Assembly (NCBI GenBank): GCA_965221125.1
Contig: CBDCRW010000003.1
Span: 192,001 to 256,000, forward strand
Direction: 5' to 3'
DNA length: 64,000 nt
From: Alphaproteobacteria bacterium
GTDB lineage: Bacteria; Pseudomonadota; Alphaproteobacteria; UBA828
Of the stretch, positions 20,106-31,259 are shown one piece after another. The notes under the pieces are model-generated. The model had not been told where the DNA came from. It was given only the letters and a program-made list of their open reading frames with translations, and ran no database searches. Every line of letters starts with the position of its first letter. The stretch's first letter is position 1. The position numbers and the translations under genes are program-made.

Positions 20106-22106
20106 TCAGGCAAGGCCCAGCTGGCGCCGCCGCTGCTCCGACCACTCCACGACCAGGCGGTCGACGGTGAGCCCGATGAAGGCGACGCAGAGGCCGATGA
20201 CGAGCCCCTTGCCCGCATCGGCGAAGGTCAGCGCCCGGAAGATCTCCTGGCCGAGGTCCTTGGTGCCGATGAAGGCGGCGATGATCACCATGAAGAGCCC
20301 GAACATGATGGTCTGGTTGACCCCCAGCATGATCTCGGGGAAGGCCAGAGGCATCCGCACCTTCCACAGGATCTGCCGCGGCGTGCAGCCGGCGGTAATC
20401 GCCGCCTCGATGGTCTCGTTGGGCACGCCGCGCAGGCCGAAGATCGTGTAGCGCACAATCGGGATCGCCGCGTAGATCACGATGGCCGTGATCGCGGCCA
20501 CGTCGCCCACCTGGAACAGCATGATCACGGGGATCAGGTAGATGAACGACGGGAAGGTCTGGAAGGTATCGCAGAGCAGTTGCACGAAGCGCGTGCGCCG
20601 CGCCGTCTTCGATGCCCAGATGCCGAGCGGCAGCCCGAAGATCAGGCAGAGGATCAGCGCGAAGAAGACCATGTAGGCCGTGATCGACGCGCGCTCCCAG
20701 AAGCCCGTGAGCGCGATGAAGGCGACGAAGCCGGCCACCGTCGCAGACAGCCGCCAGCCCGCGAGCCGCCAGCCGATGGCGCCGGCCAGCGCCGCGACCG
20801 CGATCCACGGCATCCACTGGAAGCCCGTGCGCAGCGGGATCAGCACGTGCACCAGCAGCCCGTCGCGGATGATGGAGAGCGGATCGTAGAGCGCGAAGGT
20901 GACGACATCGACGACCATGTCCCAGAAAGGCGCAGTGGTGATGGTGGCGTTCCTGGGCAGCGTCTGGGCATAGGGCGTGAGCTGCGAGGCGACGATGGAC
21001 GCGGCGATCACGAGTCCCGCGACGCAGAGGTATGGGTGCACCCGCCAGAACGGCCCTTCCGGGCGGCGCTCGGGCTGCTTCTCGGAGAGCGCCCGGCTGA
21101 GGCGGTCGAGCATGACCGCCATCAGCACCACGGCGACGCCGTTCTCGAGCGCCTGCCCGAGGCGCAGGCTCTGCAGGCGGAACAGCAGGTCCTGCCCCAG
21201 CCCCTTGGCGCCCACGAAGGAGGCGATCACCACCATCGCCAGGCACTGCATGATGACCTGGTTGACGCCCAGCATGAGCGAATCGCGCGCGGCCGGTATC
21301 TCCACCTTGAAGAGCATCTGCCAGCGCGTGCACCCGGCCATGCGGCCGGCCTCCCGCACCTCTTCCGAGACGCCCTTGAGCCCGAGCACGGTGAGCCGCG
21401 CCATCGGCGGGATCGCGAAGAGGATCGTGGCGATGGCGCCGGCCCGGTGCGAGACGCCGATGAAGAGCGCCACCGGGATCAGGTACGAGAAATGCGGCAG
21501 CGACTGCATGACGTTGAGGATCGGCCAGAGCAACCGCTCGAAGGGCGGCCACTTGACCGCCACCACGCCCAGAGCCACGCCGACGGCGGCCGCGATCGGC
21601 GCCGCGACCAGGACGACGGAGAGCGTCGTCATCGAGAGCGACCACTTGCCGAAGACGGCGAAGTAGACGATGCAGCCGCCGGCGAGCAGCGCGAGGCGCC
21701 AGCCCTTCAGCCACCAGCCGAAGACCGCGGCGAGGCCGGCGATCATCACCCACGGGATGGCGGGAATGCCGATCGACCTGAAGCCGTCTGCGAGCAGGCC
21801 GTGCACGATGTCGAGCGGCCACTCGATCCCGAAGGCGATCGCCCGCGTCGCGTCCTTCACGGTGAAGACGCCGAAGATCTCGTGCTTGTGGAAGACGTCG
21901 ACGACGACGTTGATCCAGTCGATGAAGGGTACCGCGATATCCCTGGGCCAGACGATCCCGGCCTCGGGCAGGATGGGCTTCAGCGCGAGGAGGACGACGA
22001 ACGGCACCAGGACGAGGAGCGGCCCCGCCCCCGGCGTGCGCCAGAGGCGGCGGGTGGCCGCGACCGGGCCCGCGATCGATCCGCCGAGGGTCCGCTCCGC
22101 GGCCAT
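20106..22106 (-). CDS. tmoV: TMAO/betaine-type ABC permease with two fused ProW-like domains
   Basis: Duplicated MQSLPHFSYLIP/FQTFPSFIYLIP and EAGRMAGC/EAAITAGC (EAA) motifs; LGVNQ occurs twice. Confidence 0.8.
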   Translation of the reverse strand: MAAERTLGGSIAGPVAATRRLWRTPGAGPLLVLVPFVVLLALKPILPEAGIVWPRDIAVPFIDWINVVVDVFHKHEIFGVFTVKDATRAIAFGIEWPLDIVHGLLADGFRSIGIPAIPWVMIAGLAAVFGWWLKGWRLALLAGGCIVYFAVFGKWSLSMTTLSVVLVAAPIAAAVGVALGVVAVKWPPFERLLWPILNVMQSLPHFSYLIPVALFIGVSHRAGAIATILFAIPPMARLTVLGLKGVSEEVREAGRMAGCTRWQMLFKVEIPAARDSLMLGVNQVIMQCLAMVVIASFVGAKGLGQDLLFRLQSLRLGQALENGVAVVLMAVMLDRLSRALSEKQPERRPEGPFWRVHPYLCVAGLVIAASIVASQLTPYAQTLPRNATITTAPFWDMVVDVVTFALYDPLSIIRDGLLVHVLIPLRTGFQWMPWIAVAALAGAIGWRLAGWRLSATVAGFVAFIALTGFWERASITAYMVFFALILCLIFGLPLGIWASKTARRTRFVQLLCDTFQTFPSFIYLIPVIMLFQVGDVAAITAIVIYAAIPIVRYTIFGLRGVPNETIEAAITAGCTPRQILWKVRMPLAFPEIMLGVNQTIMFGLFMVIIAAFIGTKDLGQEIFRALTFADAGKGLVIGLCVAFIGLTVDRLVVEWSEQRRRQLGLA

Positions 22107-22109
22107 GGT

Positions 22110-23135
22110 CTACGCGCGGTCGCTGTACATCGCGTGGACGAGGCGGTAGCGGTCCACCACGCCGACCGTCCTGCCGTTCTCGTCGACCACGGCCACCGGG
22201 TGCTCGGCCTCGATCACCTGCGGTGCCACGTCCGCCAGCGTGGCGTCCGCCCTGACCTCGCCCTGCGTGGCCTCGTCCGCAGCCGCGGGGCGCACCGCCG
22301 TCGCCACCGTGAGCAGGCGATCCCGCGCCACGTCCTTGGTGAACTCGCGCACGTAGTCGGTCTCCGGGTTCTCGATCAGCTCGGTGGCGGTGCCGGACTG
22401 CTCGATGATGCCGTCCTTCATGATGATGATCCGGTCGGCGAGCCGGATGGCCTCGTCGAAGTCGTGCGTGATGAACAGGATCGTCTTCTGCAGCATGTTC
22501 TGCAGGCGCAGGAACTCGTTCTGCATCTCGCGCCGGATGAGCGGGTCGAGGGCGGAGAACGGCTCGTCGAGGAACCAGAGCTCGGGCCCCACGGCGAGCG
22601 AGCGGGCGATGCCGACGCGTTGCTGCTGCCCGCCGGAAAGCTCGCGCGGGTAGTAGCGCTCGCGCCCGTCGAGGCCCACGAGCTCGATCATCTCCCGGGC
22701 GCGGGCCTCGCGGGTGCGCCGGTCGATGCCCTGCACCTCGAGGGGAAAGGCCACGTTCTGCAGCACCGTGCGGTGGGGCAGCAGCGCGAAGTGCTGAAAC
22801 ACCATGCCCATCTTGTGGCGGCGCAGCTGCGTCAGCTCGCGATTGGTCGCCTTGAGCAGGTCCTGGCCCTCAAACACGATCTCGCCGGCGGTGGGCTCGA
22901 TCAGGCGCGCGAGGCAGCGCAGAAGCGTGGACTTGCCGGAGCCCGAGAGCCCCATGATCACGAGTATCTCGCCGGCGTTGACCTCCAGCGAGGCGTCGCG
23001 CACGGCGGGGATGTAGCCTTCTTCCAGAATGGCGGCGAGGTCGGGCGCGCCCCCGTGCCGGTCCATGAACGGCCGGGGCTTGGGGCCGAACAGCTTCCAG
23101 ACGCTGCTGCACGTGAGAATGGGATCGGCCAACAT
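22110..23135 (-). CDS. tmoW: TMAO/betaine-type ABC ATP-binding protein (ProV-like, C-terminal CBS)
   Basis: GLSGSGKST, LSGGQQQRV and DEPFSALDPLIR; start placed at MLADPIL. Confidence 0.82.
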   Translation of the reverse strand: MLADPILTCSSVWKLFGPKPRPFMDRHGGAPDLAAILEEGYIPAVRDASLEVNAGEILVIMGLSGSGKSTLLRCLARLIEPTAGEIVFEGQDLLKATNRELTQLRRHKMGMVFQHFALLPHRTVLQNVAFPLEVQGIDRRTREARAREMIELVGLDGRERYYPRELSGGQQQRVGIARSLAVGPELWFLDEPFSALDPLIRREMQNEFLRLQNMLQKTILFITHDFDEAIRLADRIIIMKDGIIEQSGTATELIENPETDYVREFTKDVARDRLLTVATAVRPAAADEATQGEVRADATLADVAPQVIEAEHPVAVVDENGRTVGVVDRYRLVHAMYSDRA

Positions 23136-23256
23136 GCACCTCCCTGCCGCGGCGAAGCGTGCGTTGCCGCTCCGCCCGGTCAGCCCGCCTCCCCCGTCGC
23201 CGGCGGCGCGGGGCACGGACTGCCTTATGCCCGTACTATGTGCCGGCAGGGGCACG

Positions 23257-23301
23257 AAATAAAGCGAGGGCGCCGCCACAGGGAGACGGACGGCGCCCTC
23301 G
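23257..23301 (-). terminator. Stem-loop/terminator between tmoX and tmoW
   Basis: CGAGGGCGCCG/CGGCGCCCTCG 11-bp stem followed on the minus strand by CTTTATTT. Confidence 0.65.
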
Positions 23302-23319
23302 TCGCCAGCAGGCTCTAGG

Positions 23320-24288
23320 CTAGTTCACCCAGGACTGCCACTTGGCTTCGTTGTCGGCCAGCCACTTGTCGGCCGCCTCTTCGACTTCCATGCCGTCGAT
23401 GTCGACGAGCTTGGACATCACCGCGATGTCGAGATTGGTGAGGTTCATCTTCGAGACGATGGCATAGACCGTCGGCCACTTGTCGGGCATGCCCTTCCAG
23501 ACGCCGATCTTGAGATAGCCGTCCTTCGGGTTGCCGCAGTCGTAGGTCATATCGGGGTTGGGACCCCAGGCCGGATCGTCCTTGCAGCCCTCGCCATACT
23601 CGGGGAACTCGACGAACTTGCCGTCGTAGATCGCCTCGATGAAGTTGGGCGTCCAGTTGAAGTGCACGATCGGCGCCTTGCGCTCGAACGCCGATGCGAG
23701 CTCCGCCCAGATCGCCGCGGCCGAGCCGGCGTTCACCACCTCGAAGTCCATGCCGAGGCCTTCGACGCGCTCGGCGTCGTGCTTCAACCAGTCGACCGGC
23801 CCGCCGAGGAAGCGACCCTTCGGGGCCGTCTCGGCCGTGGAGAACATCTCGGCGCAGGCATTCAGCGCTTGCCAGTCGGGCAGGCCCGGGCACTGCTCCT
23901 CGACATAGCTCGGATACCACCACTCCTCGCGGGTCTTCGCGTCGTGGGTCGCGGCGTCGATCACGCAGCCCTGGTCCACCACCGTCTCGAAGGCCACGCC
24001 GAACGCGCCCTGCCAGACCTCGTGGACCACGTCGATGTCACCCTCGCACATGGAGGTGTAGACCACCTGGCTGTCGGCGGGGATGAACTCGGTCGCGAAG
24101 CCCTGGCCGTTCAGAATCTTGCCCAGGACATGGGCGCCCACGATCTGGCTCGACCAGTTGTGGATCGGTATCTTGATCGGGTCGTCGGAATCCGCGGCCC
24201 CTGCCACGCCGGACACGGCGCCCGACAGGCCGATCGCGGCCCCCGCGACGAGGGCGATTGCCAACCGCCTCATTTTCGTTCCCACCAT
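23320..24288 (-). CDS. tmoX: TMAO ABC transporter substrate-binding protein
   Basis: Signal peptide; HNWSSQIV, EVWQGAFG, TREEWWYP, CPGLPDW and NWTPNF resemble Roseobacter TmoX as I recall it; GAGGAGG RBS. Confidence 0.82.
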   Translation of the reverse strand: MVGTKMRRLAIALVAGAAIGLSGAVSGVAGAADSDDPIKIPIHNWSSQIVGAHVLGKILNGQGFATEFIPADSQVVYTSMCEGDIDVVHEVWQGAFGVAFETVVDQGCVIDAATHDAKTREEWWYPSYVEEQCPGLPDWQALNACAEMFSTAETAPKGRFLGGPVDWLKHDAERVEGLGMDFEVVNAGSAAAIWAELASAFERKAPIVHFNWTPNFIEAIYDGKFVEFPEYGEGCKDDPAWGPNPDMTYDCGNPKDGYLKIGVWKGMPDKWPTVYAIVSKMNLTNLDIAVMSKLVDIDGMEVEEAADKWLADNEAKWQSWVN

Positions 24289-24369
24289 AGTCGCCTCCTC
24301 CATGTTGCTTGCGTGCGGTCCTCGGCATGCGCAGACATCCGCGCAGCTAAGCACAAGGGTAAAGAGGCG

Positions 24370-24431
24370 TTGTGAACAAGACAGACCATTGCCATAAACA
24401 GCCTGTAAAAGATCATGAAAGATGTGAAAAT
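24370..24431. promoter_or_regulatory. Tor-box-like direct repeat array in the divergent tmoX/torR promoter
   Basis: TTGTGAACAA (24370), CCATAAACAG (24392) and ATGTGAAAAT (24422) each match 7/10 to ATATGAACAG, the reverse complement of the E. coli tor box CTGTTCATAT. Weaker copies lie at 24403 and 24413. Confidence 0.5.
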
Positions 24432-24457
24432 GGAGAATCGATGATCCGAGCCCGCGA

Positions 24458-25162
<705 letters not shown>

Positions 25163-28144
25163 GCGCTGCGCTCGGCTGAATCGAGGCCGGCCCAGAGCGT
25201 CACCAGCGCCTCGCGGGACTCTTCGAACAGGCTCCCCAGGTCCTCGGCGAGCGCAGCCGCCTCCGGCGTCCGCGCGCGCGCTTCCAGCACGCCGCAGCGG
25301 TCCGCCAGGCGGCGCAGCCCGAGGCTGCCGGCGGCACCCCGCAGCGCGTGGGCGAGATCCGCCGCGCGCTCGATGCGCCCCTCGACCAGAGCCTGCCTGA
25401 TCCCGTCGATCTGGACCGGGGCGGTTTCCACAAACGTGTCGATCATCAGGGCGCCGCGCTCGGCTCCGAGAACGGCGCGGTCCTCCGCCAGCACGGTCGG
25501 ATCGATGATCGAGCCGTCGTCGCCGGCGTCCCGCTCGCCGCCCTCGCTTCTGCGTCCGTCGCGCGTGTGGCCGAGGACGCGCGCAATCGTCTCCGCCAGG
25601 CCGTCGGGCGCGATGGGCTTGCCGATGAAGGCATCCATCCCCGACTGCAGGTGCTGCGCGACCTCGCTGTCGAACACGTGCGCCGACATGGCGATGACGG
25701 GCAGCGAGCGGATCGCCGCATCGGTGTGAGCGCGGATGCGCTGCGTCGCCTCGATGCCGTCGATGCCCGGCAGGCTGATGTCCATCAGCACCAGATCGAA
25801 GGTCCGGGTCTCGAGCAGCGCGAGCCCCTCTTCGGCGGTCGGCGCGACCAGCGGCTCGTGCCCCATCCTGGCGACGAAGGCTTCGACGACCATCGCGTTG
25901 ACCACGTTATCCTCGACGACGAGGACGCTCAGCGCCCTCTCGGGCCCGGCCGCCCCGTGCGGAATCGCTTCGGCCGGCGGCTGCGCTGCGGCCTCGCTCT
26001 GCGGCAGCGGCAGCGTGACCGAGAAGCAACTGCCCTCCCCCGGCTCGGTCTCCACCGCGATTTGCCCGCCCATCGCCGTGACCAGCCGCCGGGAGATGGC
26101 GAGGCCGAGCCCGGTTCCGGTCTGCTGCCCGCGCCGGCGCGAGGACGCCGCCTGGTAGAAGGGCTCGAAGAGCTGGGCCAGGTCGGGCTCGGCGATGCCG
26201 GGGCCCGTATCCCGCACGGCAAGGTGGATCGCGTCGCGCCCGCCGCCGTTGGAGACCGCGAGCGAGACGGTGCCGCGGTCCGTGAACTTGATGCCGTTGC
26301 CGAGCAGGTTGAGAAGCACCTGGCTCAGCTTCTGGCGATCGCCCGTCACCGCCGCCGGCACGCCCGCGTCGATGGTGAGGTCAAGGGCGAGGTCCTTCTC
26401 CCTCGCGCGGCCCTGCATGAGCACCACGATGTCCTCGACCAGCTCGTGCAGGTCGAAGACGGCGTTGTCGACCTCGATCTCGCCGGACTCGACCCGCGAG
26501 TAATCCAGGATGTCGTTGAGGATGCCGAGCAGGATTTCGCTCGACGAGCGCATGACCCGGACCTGCTGCTGTTGCCGGTCGTTCAGCGGGCCGTCCGCCA
26601 TGAGCCGCAGCATGCCGAGCACCCCGTTCATCGGGGTGCGGATCTCGTGGCTCATCGTGGCAAGGAACTCCGACTTGGCGCGGCTCGCCTGCTCGGCGCG
26701 GGCCCGCGCCTGGTCGTGGTTCTCCACTTCCTCGACGAGCCGCGCGTTGGCGTCCGTCAACTGCGCCGTGCGCTCGTCGACCAGCCTTTCCAGCTGTTCC
26801 TTGTGCTCTTGCAGCTCGTCGTAGGTCTGCTTTTGCTTTTTCTCGAGCTCCCGCTTTTCGCTCAGGTTGTTGCGGAACACCTTGACCGTCTTGGCCATGT
26901 CCGAAAGTTCGTCGCTGCCTCCCGCCGGCACGTCAACGTCAAGGCGCCCGCTGGCAAGGCTCTGCATCACCCGGTGCAGCGCCCTGAGCCGGTGGACGAG
27001 GTTGCGGTGGACGTAGAGCCAGGCGATGGCGCCCGCGATGGCGATGAAGAGCACGATCTGCAGCAGCACGGTGAGGCCGCCGAACTCGACGGCGCTGTCC
27101 GCCGCCTCGGATGCGTTGGCGGCGATCAGTTGAGAGCGGGAGACCACCGCTGCCACGCCTTCGTTCATCCGGTCGGTCAGCGCGCGATCGTCGTCGACGA
27201 GGCTGGCGAGCGCGGCATCGAGAGCCAGCGTCCGGCGGCGCAGGTCGAACAGGCCGAGCGTGCCGGGCGGCCCATCGGCCGCGAGCGCGGCAACGAGCGT
27301 CCCCGCCTGCTCGCGGCGGATCGGATCGTCGATCAGGGCCACGCGGCGCGGCAGGATGCGGAGGTTGCCGCTGTAGCGCTCCTCGATCCAGGCGATCTCG
27401 TCGGCATCGCGCGCCCGGCTGAGCTGGTTCAGCAGCAGCCCCTGCTCCGAGGCGCGCATCCTGAGCTCGAACATCCGCTCGAGCAGGAACAGATCGGCCT
27501 CGACCAGCCGGTCGAAGGCGTCCAGCGTGGCCGGCAGGCGCGCCCGGTCCTCGACCAGCTCGTAGAGGTTGGAGATGACCACGGTGGCGCCGGACGCCGC
27601 GTTGGAGGTGAGCGTCTCGGAAAGCGCGGAGAGTTCCCCGGCCGCGGCCAGCGTGCGCGCGACCGAGGCGGCCATCACGGCGTTCATCTCGATCCGCGCC
27701 GCGACCATTTCGTCCTGCCGCTCCAGGTTGGCCGTCAGCGCCGAGACCACGCCGCGCAGCTCGGCGACTTCCTCCTCGGGGAAGCCGTACCCCTCCAGCG
27801 CATCGAGCCGGGCGGAGAGCAGATCGGTCGTGGAGCGGAGGATGTGGGCCTCCGCCTGCCGCTCGGCCTGGCTCTCGGCCGTGGCGAGCAGGGCGCCGCG
27901 CGCGGCGATCCGGCTCGAGGTCTCGGCGATGATCCGCCCCTCGGCGATGGCCGGCAGGGCCTGATCGACGATGGTGGTCTGCGCCGTGTCGACGTTGCGC
28001 AGCACGACCCAGCCGATGATCCCGGCTGCGATGGAGAGAGCCGCGACGCCAGCGAACGCGGCGAAGAGGCGGCTCGCGATGCCGAAGCGGCGGAACATGG
28101 GAAATTAGAACACCGGATGGAATCGAAAGGCAATCGGCTTCAGA

Positions 28145-29278
28145 ATGACGTCCATGAGATCATGCCGTCTGCCTGGGCTGGTGCTGGGGCTGCTTGCGGG
28201 CCTGGCGCTGGCTGCAAGCCCGACGCACGGGCCGGCGCACGAAGCGCCTCAGGAAGCGGCGCAGGAAGCGCCGCAGGCCCCCGCGCCGCCCGCGACATGG
28301 GCGCTCGAGGTCTGGTCGCCGCCCTTCGACTTCCGCAGCCCGACGACGACCATTACCTATCGCCCCCTCGGGCAAGCGTCCCGGAAATGGCGCATCTGCG
28401 CCTCGTACCCCCACCTCAAGGATTCGTACTGGCTCAGCGTCAACTACGGCATGGTCGAGGAGGCGAAGCGGCTCGGCGTGGCGCTCCGCGTCGTCGAAGC
28501 CGGCGGCTACCCCAACCTGGAGCGCCAGATCGCCCAGATCACCGAGTGCGCCAGGGACGCGGACATTCTGGCGCTGGGCGCGGTGAGCTTCGACGGCCTG
28601 ACCGAAGCGGTGGTGGCGATCAGCGAGCAGATTCCGGTGCTCGCCGTGGTCAACGACATCGCCGACCCCGGTATCAGCGCCAAGGCCGCCGTCTCGTGGG
28701 TGACGATGGGGGCCGTCACCGGCGCCTACCTCGCCAGCCTCCACCCGGCCGGCACGCCGCCGGTCAAGGTGGCGTGGTTCCCGGGCCCCCGCCAGTCGCA
28801 GTGGGCCCACTTCGTCGAGGAGGGGTTCACCGAGGCGCTCGCCGGCAGCGCCGTCGATATCGTGCTCCGAAAGTGGGGCGACACCGGGCGGGAAATCCAG
28901 CTCATCCTGGTCGAGGAAGCGCTGGAGGAACGGCCGGACGTCGACTACATCGTGGGCAGCGCCGTCACCGCCGGCGTGGCGGTCAGCCTGCTCCGGGCGC
29001 GCGGCCTCACCGGCCGGATCCGCGTGCTGGCGGACTACTTCACCCACGCCGTCTACCGCGGGATCAAGCGCGAGAAGATCCTGGCCGCGCCCACCGATTT
29101 TCCCGCACTCCAGGGGCGAATGGGGATCGAGATGGCCGTGCGGCTGCTCGAAGGCAAGCTCGAACACCCGCACGCGGGGCCGCTGATCCACATCGTCGAG
29201 CAGGGCAACCTCGGCGACTTCAGCACGCGCCTCTCGCTCGCGCCTGCCGATTTCTCGCCGACCTTCGTGGTCGAATAG
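28145..29278 (+). CDS. torT: Periplasmic TMAO-binding sensor protein TorT
   Basis: YPHLKDSYWLSVNYGMVEEA, EAGGY, WFPGP, WGDTG and YFTHAVYRGIKR are TorT hallmarks. Confidence 0.9.
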   Translation: MTSMRSCRLPGLVLGLLAGLALAASPTHGPAHEAPQEAAQEAPQAPAPPATWALEVWSPPFDFRSPTTTITYRPLGQASRKWRICASYPHLKDSYWLSVNYGMVEEAKRLGVALRVVEAGGYPNLERQIAQITECARDADILALGAVSFDGLTEAVVAISEQIPVLAVVNDIADPGISAKAAVSWVTMGAVTGAYLASLHPAGTPPVKVAWFPGPRQSQWAHFVEEGFTEALAGSAVDIVLRKWGDTGREIQLILVEEALEERPDVDYIVGSAVTAGVAVSLLRARGLTGRIRVLADYFTHAVYRGIKREKILAAPTDFPALQGRMGIEMAVRLLEGKLEHPHAGPLIHIVEQGNLGDFSTRLSLAPADFSPTFVVE

Positions 29279-29444
29279 GCGCCGCCAAGCGATGTAGTAG
29301 ACGCGCGGTCGTATATTCTTCACCCCACTGTCGCTTTGCCCTGCGCCCACTCTTTGGCATGATGCGCCGTCCGATTCCGATGCACTGGCGGGGAGTTGGC
29401 CGCCGGTGAGCGCGCCGGCACGGTGGCAAGGGGTATCTGGAACC

Positions 29445-30008
29445 ATGCACGCATCGCTCGACAGCTGCCCTGCGCTGGTGCTCAACGCCGACTATCGGCC
29501 GCTCAGCTACTTCCCGCTCTCGGTCTGGGGCTGGCAGGACGCGGTCAAGGCCGCCTTCCTCGACCGGGTGACGATCCTGTCGACCTACGACCGCGCCATC
29601 CGCTCGCCCAGCATGGCGATCCGGCTGCCGAGCGTCGTGGCGCTGAAGCGCTACCGCCCGCTCGCCCGCCGCCCCGCGTTTACCCGCTTCAACGTCTTCC
29701 TGCGCGATTCCTTCACCTGCCAGTACTGCGTGACGCCCTTCCCCGTGGAGAACCTCACCTTCGACCACCTGGTGCCGCGTTCGCGTGGCGGGCGCACCAC
29801 GTGGGAGAACGTCCTCGCCGCCTGCAGCGCCTGCAACCTCTCCAAGGGCGATCGGCTGCCGCAGGAGTGCGGCATGCGGCCCCAGCGCAAGCCCAGGGCG
29901 CCGAGCGCCTACGACCTGCACGAGGCGGGCCGGCGCTTCCCGCCCCGCTACCTGCACGAGAGCTGGGGCGACTACCTCTACTGGGATTCCGAGCTGGACC
30001 CCGACTAG
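29445..30008 (+). CDS. HNH endonuclease (conserved alphaproteobacterial type)
   Basis: LVLNADYRPLSYFPLS, FTRFNVFLRD, CQYC and DHLVPRSRGG...WENV...CSACN. Confidence 0.9.
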   Translation: MHASLDSCPALVLNADYRPLSYFPLSVWGWQDAVKAAFLDRVTILSTYDRAIRSPSMAIRLPSVVALKRYRPLARRPAFTRFNVFLRDSFTCQYCVTPFPVENLTFDHLVPRSRGGRTTWENVLAACSACNLSKGDRLPQECGMRPQRKPRAPSAYDLHEAGRRFPPRYLHESWGDYLYWDSELDPD

Positions 30009-30032
30009 CCCCGCCGAACCGGGAGAGCGCAG

Positions 30033-30824
30033 ATGCTCGTCGAGCAGATCTGGACCGCCAACGCCTACCGCAACTTCAACTACCTCATCGCCTGCCCCGA
30101 GACCGGCGAGGCTCTGGCCGTCGATCCGCTGGATCACCGGCGCTGCCTCAAGGCGGCCGGGGACAAGGGCTGGCAGATCACCCAGATCCTCAACACCCAC
30201 GAGCACGGCGACCACACCGGCGGCAACAAGGCGATGGTCAAGGCGACCGGCGCGCGCCTGCTGGCCCACGCCAACGCGAAGGGCAAGATCCCCGATATCG
30301 ACCGGGGACTCGATGCTGGCGACGTGATCACGGTGGGCGCCACGGTGGAGCTGGAGGCGCTGGACACCCCCGGCCACACCATGAGCCACGTGTGCCTGCT
30401 GTCTCGCACCGACACGCCGGCGCTCTTCTGCGGCGACACGCTCTTCAATGCCGGCGCCGGCAACTGCCACTCCGGCGGCCACCCGGCGGAGCTTTACGAG
30501 ACCTTCGCCGGCCAGCTCGCGAAGCTCCCGGACGAGACCCTGATCTATCCCGGCCACGACTACATCGCGAACAACCTGGAGTTCACCCTGGACCGGGAGC
30601 CCGACAACGAGCGGGCGAAGACGCTGCTCGACGAGGTGGGGCCGCAGGACCCCGACGACGCCCTGGTCTCGACCCTGGCGCTGGAGAAGGAGATCAACAC
30701 CTTCTTCCGCCTGCACAGCGCGAGCGTCATCGCGCGCCTGCGCGAGGCCTTCCCCGACCTCTCCGACGACCCCGGCCCGCGCGAGGTCTTCCTCAAGCTC
30801 CGCGAGCTGCGGAACAGCTGGTAG
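30033..30824 (+). CDS. gloB: Hydroxyacylglutathione hydrolase (glyoxalase II)
   Basis: THEHGDHTGG, TPGHT, CGDTLF, YPGHDY and EKEINTFFR. Confidence 0.85.
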   Translation: MLVEQIWTANAYRNFNYLIACPETGEALAVDPLDHRRCLKAAGDKGWQITQILNTHEHGDHTGGNKAMVKATGARLLAHANAKGKIPDIDRGLDAGDVITVGATVELEALDTPGHTMSHVCLLSRTDTPALFCGDTLFNAGAGNCHSGGHPAELYETFAGQLAKLPDETLIYPGHDYIANNLEFTLDREPDNERAKTLLDEVGPQDPDDALVSTLALEKEINTFFRLHSASVIARLREAFPDLSDDPGPREVFLKLRELRNSW

Positions 30825-30845
30825 GGAGCCCCCGGATCGCGGGCC

Positions 30846-31259
30846 ATGAGCGCACCCCGCGAGCAGCGCTGGCGTCAGCGCATGGAGAGCTTCGGCGCCG
30901 CACTCGAACGGTTGGACGAGGCCTGCCGGCAGACCTCATACACGAACCTCGAGCGGGCCGGACTGGTCCAGACGTTCGTGTTCTCCTACGAGCTCGGCTG
31001 GAAGTCCCTGCGGGACTTGCTCCTTTTCGAGGGATACGATCCGAATAGCCCACGCGACGTGATCCGCCAGGGCTTCGAGGCGGCGTATCTCGACGCCGAC
31101 GATTGCGAGACCTTTCTCGATGCCGTCGGCAGGCGCAACCTGCTGACCCACACGTACCGGGACGAGACCGCCCGCGAAGCGGAAGCGTCGATCAAGGGCC
31201 GGTATCACCCGATGCTTCGCAGGCTGCACCGGGCGCTGCAAGGCAAGCGCACCGCATGA
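30846..31259 (+). CDS. HEPN-domain nucleotidyltransferase substrate-binding protein (HI0074 family)
   Basis: GLVQTFVFSYELGWKSL, SPRDVIR and the Rx4H motif RNLLTH(TY). Confidence 0.88.
   Translation: MSAPREQRWRQRMESFGAALERLDEACRQTSYTNLERAGLVQTFVFSYELGWKSLRDLLLFEGYDPNSPRDVIRQGFEAAYLDADDCETFLDAVGRRNLLTHTYRDETAREAEASIKGRYHPMLRRLHRALQGKRTA

Noticed and set aside
28241-28276. 12-bp x3 repeat (EAPQ/EAAQ/EAPQ) in the TorT N-terminus
   Set aside because: A low-complexity linker after the signal peptide, common and uninformative.
25348-29409. 1353-aa plus-strand ORF and other very long ORFs (11510-14047, 20580-23318, 38200-40962, 53292-55454)
   Set aside because: They are antisense or off-frame shadows of well-supported genes, rich in Arg/Ala/Gly/Pro with no motifs, as expected in high-GC DNA. 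Only the C-terminal 173 aa of 53292-55454 is a real gene.
29445-30008. HNH nuclease as a defence or RNA-guided (IscB/Cas9-like) effector
   Set aside because: It is 187 aa with no RuvC motifs or adjacent array, and resembles the widespread stand-alone alphaproteobacterial HNH family next to gloB.
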